A DNA stretch of 64,000 bases, taken from assembly GCA_963850905.1 (NCBI GenBank), contig CAWKMU010000003.1:2112001-2176000 (forward strand), read 5' to 3'. The translations under genes and the position numbers were made by a program. Positions 43,221 through 52,005 of this stretch are shown in pieces (position 1 is the first letter of the stretch; every line of letters begins with the position of its first letter). The notes under the pieces were generated by a model. It did not search any database. It saw only the letters and a program-made list of their open reading frames with translations, and was not told the DNA's origin. This DNA comes from an uncultured Gemmatimonadales bacterium. Lineage in GTDB: Bacteria; Gemmatimonadota; Gemmatimonadetes; Gemmatimonadales; Gemmatimonadaceae.

Positions 43221-44093
43221 ATGGACCCCCGGGTCCAGCGCCGCGTCCAGCGGTACGGGTGGGACAAAGCGGCAGGGAATTACGAACAGTACTGGGCCCG
43301 GCAACTCGAGTGTGGGCAAGACCGCATGTTGGCGTTGGCCGATCTTTGGCCGGGGGCGCGGGTGCTGGACGTCGCGTGCGGCACTGGCCTCGTGACGCTG
43401 CGCGCGGCCGCCGCAGTCGGCCCGATGGGGTGCGTCGTCGCAACCGATATTTCGCAGGCAATGGTGGATGCGGTGCGGGTGGCGGCTGCGGCGCGTGGCC
43501 TCACGCAGGTGACGGCGCAGCGGCAGGAGGCCGAGGAGCTCGACCTCGAGCACGACACCTTCGACGTCGCCCTGTGTGCCTTTGGGCTTATGTACGTCGT
43601 TGATCCCATCCAGGCGTTGAGTCGAATGCATGACGCCTTGCGGCCCGGTGGCCGCGTAGCCGTGGCCGTGTGGGGCGCCCGCGCGGAGTGTGGATGGGCA
43701 GAGATCTTTCCGATCGTCGACCGACGGGTCGCGTCGGATGTCTGTCCGCTGTTCTTTCAGCTGGGTACGGGCCATGCGCTTCGTAGCACCCTCGAGGCCG
43801 CCGCGTTCGTCGACATCGATGTTGCACGAATGAGGACCATGTTGTCCTACGAGTCCGACAGCGCGGCGTGCGGTGCGGCGTTCGCGGGTGGCCCTGTCGC
43901 CCTGGCCTATTCACGGTTCGACGAAGCGACCCGTCGCGAGGTGCACGGGGAGTATCTCGAATCGATTGCGGACCATCGGCGTGGCTCGGGCTACGAGATC
44001 CCGGGGGAATTCGTCATCGCGCACGCCGTTCGCGAACCGGTGCCGCGCGTCAGCGTCCGTCCCGTTATGACCGGTCCCGGAAAGGTGCGGTGA
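43221..44093 (+). CDS. Class I SAM-dependent methyltransferase
   Basis: VLDVACGTG, TDISQAM, FGLMY, LRPGGR. Confidence 0.9.
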   Translation: MDPRVQRRVQRYGWDKAAGNYEQYWARQLECGQDRMLALADLWPGARVLDVACGTGLVTLRAAAAVGPMGCVVATDISQAMVDAVRVAAAARGLTQVTAQRQEAEELDLEHDTFDVALCAFGLMYVVDPIQALSRMHDALRPGGRVAVAVWGARAECGWAEIFPIVDRRVASDVCPLFFQLGTGHALRSTLEAAAFVDIDVARMRTMLSYESDSAACGAAFAGGPVALAYSRFDEATRREVHGEYLESIADHRRGSGYEIPGEFVIAHAVREPVPRVSVRPVMTGPGKVR

Positions 44094-44184
44094 GGTGCTC
44101 CGGGCGTCGAGAGGGCCAGTGGCGCCGATCCGCCACTGGCCCTCGCGTTGTCGCCCGCCTATGAGGCCGGAGACCCGGCTCGTG

Positions 44185-44971
44185 CTACTTCTGCTTTGCC
44201 GTATGAAGCGCGAAGAATGCTCCCTGCGGGTCCACCGCCATGACGATGCGTCCGCCGGGCACTTCCATCGGGCCGTTGAGGACTTTCCCGCCGAGCTGCG
44301 CGATGCGCTTCGCTGCGTCCTCGACATTCGGAATGTCGATGTACGCGAGCCACGCGGGCGGCCCCTGCTTGGGATCGCCCTTGTACATGCCACCGAACGT
44401 TTGCCCACCGAGCCCGTACATCTGATACACGTTCCCGGGGCCCATTTCCATTGAATCCGTCTTCTCCCACCCAAACACCTTGCGGTAGAAGTCGAGCGCG
44501 GCTGACGCATCAGTAGTCGCGAGCTCGTACCAGCACGGTTCCCCGTTTTGCGGCTGTCCCTCTCGGGGAGCGTTGTCGCCCTGCGGCGCGAGCAACGCCA
44601 GTGCTGCGCCCTGCGGATCCTTAAACACGCCGAATCGACCGACGTCGGGGATTTCCGTCCCCGGCACGAGCACCTGCCCTCCGAGGGCAGTGACCTGCTT
44701 CAGCGTCGCATCGACGTCTGGCGTCGACACGTAGGCAATCCAATTGGGCGGGACACCGCGGGCCTTCATGTCGGGCGTGATCTCCATCACTCCGCCGATC
44801 GGACCGCGAGCGCCATTCCACATTGTGTACGGCATCTCGACCAGCCCACGGCGTCGTCGTCCAGCCAACCACCTTCGTGTAAAACTTGATTGCCGCATCG
44901 GGATCGGTCGTCGTGAGCTCGAGCCAGACAAATCGCCCTGTAGCAACAGGGGCTGAGACGGGTGCGGCCAT
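44185..44971 (-). CDS. VOC/glyoxalase family two-domain protein; apparent frameshift at ~44840
   Basis: GRFVWLELTT..FYTKVVGW, W.AY, DPQGA twice, CWYELATTD. Confidence 0.87.
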
Positions 44972-45241
44972 TCCATCCTCCGCGCAATGAGTGAGGGTCG
45001 CAGCCTATCGCGGCGCTCGACGGAATGCAACGGCCCCCGCGCAACCGTGACAGCACATCCGTAGGAACCGCGCTGGGGCTCGCGGGCTATGGAGTTCGCG
45101 CGCCCTCGCTGCGCGCTGCGGCGTCAACGGATCATCACCTCGCGACCGTCACTCACCCCGATCCGTATGTCGTTGACCCCACATCCCTTCGCCCCTCTCA
45201 CCCGCAGTTCTACCCTTCGCGGAGAAAGAATTGGCCATCTA

Positions 45242-45268
45242 CATGAGGCAGCTAGCATGAGGCAGCTA
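45242..45268. repeat. Tandem duplication CATGAGGCAGCTA x2
   Basis: Identical 13-mers at 45242 and 45256. Confidence 0.8.
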
Positions 45269-45271
45269 TCA

Positions 45272-45865
45272 ATGAATCGCGAACCGTGGACTCGAATCGA
45301 GCGCAAGGGCGTACGTAGGGGAACGGCTCTGCTCGCTGCGTTCATCGCATTCCCGTGGTCCGCGAGCATGGCGACATCTCGTCCGGCGTCCGACACGATC
45401 CCCAAGGGCGCGGCAGTCTACGTCCTGGTACCGGACTCCAGTGACAACATCCCCAAGGCCATCGATCACGTCGTCTCGCACATGAATTTCATCGTGCGAG
45501 GGATCGCGCGAGGTCGGCTAACCAAGATCAATCCGACTCCACACCGGGTGCGCGTCGACCTCGAAACCGACACTGTGTCCGTCGCGTTCGACGCGGGCAA
45601 TCCCGTGGTCACGCCGTTGAACGGCGATACGGTTGCGTGGCGAAATCCCTTGACCGGTGAGACGAACCATGCCCACGTCGCCGTCGCGGGCGATACGGTG
45701 CGGCAGACCATTGTCGCACCGGATGGGGAGCGAGAGAATGCGCTGATTTTTTCCGATGATGGGTCGCATGTTCGGCTGCGCGTCACCGTGACGAGTCACC
45801 GATTGCCCCGCCCGTTGATCTACGAGTTGCTCTTCCGCGCGAGTGACTCGACCGGCACCGGTTGA
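45272..45865 (+). CDS. Hypothetical exported protein
   Basis: Signal-like N-terminus; MNFIVRGIARGRL segment; typical codon usage; start 45257 or 45272. Confidence 0.65.
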   Translation: MNREPWTRIERKGVRRGTALLAAFIAFPWSASMATSRPASDTIPKGAAVYVLVPDSSDNIPKAIDHVVSHMNFIVRGIARGRLTKINPTPHRVRVDLETDTVSVAFDAGNPVVTPLNGDTVAWRNPLTGETNHAHVAVAGDTVRQTIVAPDGERENALIFSDDGSHVRLRVTVTSHRLPRPLIYELLFRASDSTGTG

Positions 45866-45888
45866 CGTCCCACAGACGGACACTGCAC

Positions 45889-45912
45889 GGTGCGGCGCGC
45901 CTGCGCCGCACC
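45889..45912 (+). terminator. Hairpin after hypothetical gene
   Basis: GGTGCGGCGC-gcct-GCGCCGCACC. Confidence 0.45.
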
Positions 45913-46044
45913 AGCACGGCTTGCAGCGGCGCTTCGGTGAGGTGTGTGGGTTTTGCAAAATTGGATCGCCTTCCACCAACACGCTCGTAGTGACAGGTGT
46001 CGCACCTGCACGTCAGTCGCACCCGTCCGTGAGTGGGAGGCCAT

Positions 46045-46503
46045 ATGCATCCGACGCGAGAGCGCGGTACCGTGCGCCGCGCGCACATCAGGGATGTCAC
46101 GAGGAGAGCGCAGTGGGTTCAGAGGGCAGCGGTCATCGTATCGACAGCGACGCTCGCGGCTTGCGCGTCGGCGTCGGTCCGGCCAGATAATTCGGGGGGA
46201 GTCACGACTCCAGCTCAGGTGCTCGTGCGCAACGACGCCTCGGCCGACGTGACGGTGTTCGCGTATCGCGGAGATCAGCGCGTGCGAATCGGCCAGGTGA
46301 CGGCGCATGGAACAGCGCTGGTGACGGTGCCCACAGGGATGATGAACCCCGGCCGCGTCCAGCTGATGCTGCACAAGATCACCGGCGGCGACTTTGTCGC
46401 CGACGAGGTGACAATCAACTCCGGTGAGGAGCATGCGGAGTTGCACGTGTTCGATGTGCTGGATGAGTCAGCGCTCACGGTCGCGCCAGGTCGGATGCAC
46501 TGA
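46045..46503 (+). CDS. Hypothetical lipoprotein
   Basis: GGGAGG RBS, lipobox LAAC, V.VRN...DVTVFA..G.RVRIG.V beta domain. Confidence 0.7.
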   Translation: MHPTRERGTVRRAHIRDVTRRAQWVQRAAVIVSTATLAACASASVRPDNSGGVTTPAQVLVRNDASADVTVFAYRGDQRVRIGQVTAHGTALVTVPTGMMNPGRVQLMLHKITGGDFVADEVTINSGEEHAELHVFDVLDESALTVAPGRMH

Positions 46504-46672
46504 TGCACACGCCCTGGGTGGTGGTCTGCCAGTCACCGACCTCGTGCAACTGCGGGACGAGCCTGTGTGTCAAGAATGACATGGAGCCGCGCAGCGCAGC
46601 GGATCGCCTGACGCGCCGCGTGGCCCCATCCCAAGACGGCCAGTTCTTTCAAACCAGCTGCGTGGCTCGCCG

Positions 46673-47359
46673 ATGGGTGACCCTCTGACGCGAATCCTGG
46701 TTGTCAACGATGACATTGGGTTGCCATCGAGTCTCGCCGACAACCTGCGACTCGAGAGTTACGAAGTCCGTCTCGCCTCGGGGGAAGGCGGACTTGCGAC
46801 CGCACTCGCGTGGCCTGCCGACCTGGTGGTCCTCGACCTCGTGCGGCGAACGGCGAACGGATCCGACCTGCTCTACGCGCTGCGCGAGCGCGGGTGCCAT
46901 GTGCCAGTCCTCGTCCTGAGTCAGGGGAACCTCGCATCGCAGGACATCGAAGGACCGCGGCTCCAGGGCGTGCAGCACGTGACCGGTCCACTCAGTGTGC
47001 TCGAGCTCATCGAGCCGGTCCGCGCGCTGCTCGACCGAGGAGGCACCCGAAACGGGAATGGCATGATCCGATTCGGGTCCGTCGTCGTGGACCCCGGAGC
47101 GCATACCGTGACGCGCCGCGGACAACACTGCTCGCTCACGCCGAAGGCGTTCGCACTACTCGTCGCACTGGCCCGCCGCCATGGCGAGGTGGCCTCGCGC
47201 ACCGAGTTACTGCGCGAAGTGTGGGGATACGGGCCACACGTACTGACGCGCACCGTCGATTCGCACGTGGCAGAGCTTCGGCGCAAGCTGGAAGACGACC
47301 CTTCGAGGCCGCGGCACGTCGTCACCGTGTGGGCCGTCGGATACCGGTTCGTGGCGTAG
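46673..47359 (+). CDS. OmpR-family response regulator with atypical receiver domain
   Basis: Winged helix LTPKAF.LL, EVWG, TRTVDSHVAELRRKLE, TVWAVGYRF; receiver VVNDD..VLDL. Confidence 0.88.
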   Translation: MGDPLTRILVVNDDIGLPSSLADNLRLESYEVRLASGEGGLATALAWPADLVVLDLVRRTANGSDLLYALRERGCHVPVLVLSQGNLASQDIEGPRLQGVQHVTGPLSVLELIEPVRALLDRGGTRNGNGMIRFGSVVVDPGAHTVTRRGQHCSLTPKAFALLVALARRHGEVASRTELLREVWGYGPHVLTRTVDSHVAELRRKLEDDPSRPRHVVTVWAVGYRFVA

Positions 47360-47408
47360 TCACTCGCGCCGGCCTCCGTCGCTCGGCATCACAGACGGCA
47401 CCGCTCCG

Positions 47409-47960
47409 CTATTCGCTCGGCGACTCCGCCAACCGCTTGAAGTAGATGATGGTCGCGACCAGGCCACCGTGCGGTTTGAGCGCGTAGTCCGGGATCGCGC
47501 CCACCCTGCAATACCCGAGCTGTTCGTAGAACCCCGCCGCCCCGTCCTCCGCCGCCGTATCGAGCGTGACCAGCGTGCGACCGCGTCGCACCGCGATCCG
47601 CTCGGCTTCCTGCACGAGGGCCCGACCGACGCCGCGGCCACGTGCGCTCGGCTGCGTCATCAGCTTCGCGATTTCCGCGCGATGCGGCTGATTCTCTGGG
47701 CAGTCGAGCAGCAGGGTGACGGTGCCCACTAGACCGCCCGCCGATCGAGCGCCGAGCACGACGCGTTCGCCGCGGTCCGCAGCAGCGAGTGAATGCTCCC
47801 AGAACGCCCGTGCACGGTCAGTCGCCAGGGGATGCATGAAACTGACCGACCCGCCGGCGGCCACCGTGTGGACGAGAATGTCGGCCAGGGCGGCGACGTC
47901 CTGGGGTGTTCGAGACAGGGCGACGATCTCTCCCTCATACATCAGTGTTCGCTTCATCAC
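47409..47960 (-). CDS. GNAT N-acetyltransferase
   Basis: GGSVSFMHPL, ENQPHRAEIAKL, RGRGVG, LDTA..FYEQLGY. Confidence 0.9.
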   Translation of the reverse strand: MMKRTLMYEGEIVALSRTPQDVAALADILVHTVAAGGSVSFMHPLATDRARAFWEHSLAAADRGERVVLGARSAGGLVGTVTLLLDCPENQPHRAEIAKLMTQPSARGRGVGRALVQEAERIAVRRGRTLVTLDTAAEDGAAGFYEQLGYCRVGAIPDYALKPHGGLVATIIYFKRLAESPSE

Positions 47961-48103
47961 CCGCGACCGACGAAAGGGGCCGTCAGCTCATCCGCTCCCA
48001 GCGTCATCATCTAGACACACACGCTGCTGCGGTCAAGCGACGGTGGCCAACGGGGGAACCCGACTCCCGTCGGCCGGTATGTCATATGCGAATGCTGGCA
48101 ACC

Positions 48104-49487
48104 ATGAAGCGCACCGTCCTCGTGGGGATCCTGCTCGTCGGAAGCGGATGCTCCCAGGCATCCAGGGAAACCAGCGGACTGCGCTCGACGACGGGGCGCG
48201 ATCTGCGCCTCATCAAGCACGTGATCGTGATCATGCAGGAGAACCGGTCCTTCGACCACTACTTCGGGACGTACCCGGGTGCTGATGGCATCCCAATGCA
48301 GGATGGCGTGCCCGCCGTTTGCGTGCCGGATCCGCGAACCGACCGTTGCGTCAAGCCCTTCCACGACTCTGCGGACGTGAATGGTGGCGGACCCCACAAC
48401 GCCGGCGATGCGGTGAATGACATCGACGGCGGCCGGATGGATGGTTTCATCAGGCAAGCGGAGGCCGCTCAGCGTACGTGCGTCAATCCGAACAATCCCT
48501 CGTGTGCGGCCGGCAAGTCGACGGACGTCATGGGCTACCACGACAGTCGAGAAATTCCGAATTACTGGGCTTATGCGCACAATTTTGTGCTTCAGGACCA
48601 GATGTTCGAGCCAAACGCATCCTGGAGCTTGCCCGCCCATTTGTTCATGGTGTCGGAATGGTCCGCGCGGTGCGCCATCCTGAACGATCCTGCGAGCTGT
48701 GTCAACTCGCTGCAGGATCCTCGTGGCAGCGACTCCCGACCCCAGCCCGGATCCTACGCGTGGACAGATCTGACCTACCTGCTGCACCGTGCCGGCGTGA
48801 GCTGGAAGTACTACGTCGCCGAAGGCGCGCAACCCGATTGCGACGATGATGCGATGACATGCCACGAGAAACCCCAGACCGTCGGCACGCCCAGCATTCT
48901 GGAATCCACTGCCATACTTCACGACCGTGCAACGAGACGGGCAGTTGGACAACGTCCAGACGGCCGACCACTTCTTCATCGATTTGGGCGACGACAGCCT
49001 GCCCGCAGTCAGTTGGATCGTGCCAAACGAGGCGTCGAGTGAGCATCCGCCGGCCAGGGTGAGCACCGGCGAAGCGTACGTTACAAGCCTCATCAATGCC
49101 GTCATGGAGAGCTCGTCGTGGCGCTCGACCGCCATTTTCCTCGCCTGGGATGACTGGGGCGGGTTCTACGACCACGTCGTGCCGCCAAGCGTCGATGCCA
49201 ACGGCTACGGCCTTCGCGTCCCCGGCCTCGTGATCAGTCCCTATGCGAGGCATGGGTATATCGATCATCAAACGCTGAGCTTTGACGCGTACGTCAAGTT
49301 CATCGAGGATGTATTCCTGAGCGGCGAGCGCATCGATCCCGTGACCGACGGCCGCTGGGACCCCCGTCCGACGGTTCGGGAGACCGTGCCCATCCTGGGC
49401 GACCTGCGCAGCGATTTTGACTTTTCCCAATCACCGCGGGCCCCATTGGTGCTGCGCGCCCCGACTCCACTTCCCTCGAGCGAATGA
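48104..49487 (+). CDS. Phosphoesterase / phospholipase C family lipoprotein; apparent frameshift at ~48897
   Basis: [39 protein letters not shown]; corrected junction TPSIWNPLPYF. Confidence 0.9.
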
Positions 49488-49559
49488 CCCCCCTCCCTAT
49501 ACGCCTGCGCCAAACCGCATAGGACGGGGGGCCGTGCGACCGAGCCGGCTGGATCCGCG

Positions 49560-50288
49560 CTACTTCGAGCCTTTGGAGACGGCACCAGCCACAGCCGTCG
49601 CAGCTTTCTCGACGAGCGGAGTGAGCAGATCCTCGCCAGTCGACTCGGCCTTTTTCTTGTTCGTGCTGTTGACCAGCACCTTCCCGTCGCCCGATTCGAG
49701 GCGCGCAGTGAGCGTCAACTCATCGTTGGGCTTGGTGACGCTCCCGTAGTTGGTCGCTGCGGCGCCCGCGGCGCCTCCGGCCGCGTTGATGCCGATCTGC
49801 CCCGCGGTGTTACTAGTGACGCCGCCGGCCGCATATGCGCCCTGCTGAATGGCGCCTCCGGCCACTCGACTCAGCAGGCTGCTGCCCCCACTGCCGCTGC
49901 TGTGGACCTGCTTCACCGACGTGAACAGGACAAACGGACAGTTGCTGGCCTTCGCCTCCTGGCGTGCCTGGTCTTGCAGCCGCGCGGTGAGGGGTGCCAC
50001 CTCGAGCGTCGGCCCCGTCAGGTAGCTCGTGAAGGTCTCGCGCACTGCCGTCATCGCATCCGTGGCCGACCCGGTCGCCGTTTCCACGCTCGCCGGGGCG
50101 AGGCAGATATGCGCCTTCCCAGGAGTAGCGGCAGGTGCGGCGGCTGCTGGGGCGACCGCGCCGGCGGCGGTCGCAGGGGTCGTCGCGGTCCCGCCTGCAG
50201 GAGCAGCCGGAGCAGGCGCTGCCTGCGCCGCGAGGCGCAGCGACGACACGGCGGCCACCAAAAGGGGGGCGATGAGGCGAGCGTTCAT
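49560..50288 (-). CDS. Hypothetical exported protein
   Basis: Signal peptide, Ala/Pro linker, two Cys, Gly-rich segment; GAGGA RBS. Confidence 0.7.
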   Translation of the reverse strand: MNARLIAPLLVAAVSSLRLAAQAAPAPAAPAGGTATTPATAAGAVAPAAAAPAATPGKAHICLAPASVETATGSATDAMTAVRETFTSYLTGPTLEVAPLTARLQDQARQEAKASNCPFVLFTSVKQVHSSGSGGSSLLSRVAGGAIQQGAYAAGGVTSNTAGQIGINAAGGAAGAAATNYGSVTKPNDELTLTARLESGDGKVLVNSTNKKKAESTGEDLLTPLVEKAATAVAGAVSKGSK

Positions 50289-50463
50289 ACGGTCCTCGGC
50301 GCAAGAGGTCAGAGCGTACAGCACCCGAGGGAATATCTCGGTTGTAGTGGACACTACACGCGTGGTGATCGGCCGTCCAATACTTTGCCTGAACTGAGGC
50401 GATAGGCGGCGACTATGGCCATCCCTGGCACCCGTCCGCCGGGACGCGTCGAGGCGGCTGCTC

Positions 50464-51933
50464 CTAGCGCGCGCCCGCAGTGACGGCGCGATCGTCCGCT
50501 TCGACCGAGGCGCCCGCAGGCGAGGGAAGCGGCAGCACGAGTCGGATCTGGGCCCCTCGGGCCGATTGCGGCTCGACCGTCACGGAACCGCCGAACGCAG
50601 TGACGGTTTCCCGCACGATCCACAACCCCAGGCCGGTTCCCTTGCCAGGAGGCTTGGTCGTGAAGAATCGCTCGAATGCGCGAGCGCTCGATTCGCTGGT
50701 AAACCCCGGTCCGCTATCCGCGACCAGGAGCGACAGGCTGTCCGCGCCACCGGAGACCACCAGGCGTAGGGCCTTGTCGTCGGCCTGTCCCTCCATCGCC
50801 TGAACGGCGTTCACGATGAGATTGAGCACCGCCCGTTCGAGCGCGGCGGCGGAGCCGCGCAACAGGGGGATCTCGCGACCGGCGACGTCAATCGCCGTGC
50901 TGACCGTGACGTGCTGATCCCTGAGCAGGGGACTGGCCGCCGTCAACGCCGTGGCGACGACGTCGGGCAGGGATACCAGACCCGCGACGTCATCCATTGT
51001 CGTGGACCGCGTCACCCGCAGCAGGTCCTCGACGAAGCCATTTGCCCGACGAGCCTGACTGAAGATGCGCTCAACGTCCTCTCGCTGATCGCTGTCCAGC
51101 TTCGTGCGCAGCAAGAGCTGCGCTTGCAGGTTGATGGTCGTGAGCGGGTTTCGCACTTCATGAACGGCGGCGGCGGCGATCGTCCCGATCGCGGACAGCT
51201 TGTCCGCTTCCTGGAGCCGATCGGAGAGCTCGCGCTCTTCGGCGGCGCGGCGCACCTGCGCCGCCAATGCCCGCCGAAGGATGCCCGCGTGCCAGACCGT
51301 CGCGTAGGTCGAGATAGTGCCGACTGTCAGCAGCAGAAGCACCTTGGTTGCTTCGTCGAGTAGGGACGCCGTGTCTACCGTCGCCACGTCGAGCGGGCTG
51401 CTCACGACGCGGAGTCCGCCCCCGAGCAGGAAGGCTGCGGAGAGCACGGCGTACGCGACCGTGGCGAACGCGGTCGTCACCGCTGCGGCGCGCGCCGACC
51501 CGGTGAGTGGACGACTCGCCAGGACGGCGAAGTAGACGAGAAAGATCGGGGCGTGGATCGCGAGACCGGGTGATCCGAACACGCCATACCCGGCCTGCAA
51601 CAGAGTGATCGCCACCACGTCGACCGCGGGGTTGATCCAGGCGAAGTCGGGGCGGTAGCCCTCGGGGCTCCGCAGGCGCCAGCCCTGCCAGACCGTCCAG
51701 CCGAGCACGGGCAGAAGCACCAAGATGTTCAGGCGGACCAGAGCCGACGTGAGGCGGGGAGCGTATACAACCGCGGCCACCGCCAGCAGGACGACGACGG
51801 CTCCGCGGATCCGATTGACCAGTGCCTCGGCGCGAGCTTGTTCGCCCACTATCAGCGCCGCCACCTCCCTTTCGGGATCAGGCGCGATCGGCAGCAACAC
51901 CTGAGTGGAGCGCCTTGGCGGCGTGTCGGTCAC
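50464..51933 (-). CDS. Membrane-bound sensor histidine kinase
   Basis: HEVRNPL H-box, NLIVNA, DSGPG, FFTTK, GTGLGL; N-terminal TM helices. Confidence 0.93.
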   Translation of the reverse strand: MTDTPPRRSTQVLLPIAPDPEREVAALIVGEQARAEALVNRIRGAVVVLLAVAAVVYAPRLTSALVRLNILVLLPVLGWTVWQGWRLRSPEGYRPDFAWINPAVDVVAITLLQAGYGVFGSPGLAIHAPIFLVYFAVLASRPLTGSARAAAVTTAFATVAYAVLSAAFLLGGGLRVVSSPLDVATVDTASLLDEATKVLLLLTVGTISTYATVWHAGILRRALAAQVRRAAEERELSDRLQEADKLSAIGTIAAAAVHEVRNPLTTINLQAQLLLRTKLDSDQREDVERIFSQARRANGFVEDLLRVTRSTTMDDVAGLVSLPDVVATALTAASPLLRDQHVTVSTAIDVAGREIPLLRGSAAALERAVLNLIVNAVQAMEGQADDKALRLVVSGGADSLSLLVADSGPGFTSESSARAFERFFTTKPPGKGTGLGLWIVRETVTAFGGSVTVEPQSARGAQIRLVLPLPSPAGASVEADDRAVTAGAR

Positions 51934-52005
51934 GGTACTCCGACGGGCGCGTCGGCGGATTTGTAACCGGGTCGCCTTTGCGTCGGAGGGGACGAGGGCT
52001 TAGCG

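Noticed and set aside
45951..45960. TTTTGCAAAA palindrome upstream of the lipoprotein gene
   Set aside because: Single short occurrence with no supporting promoter or second site
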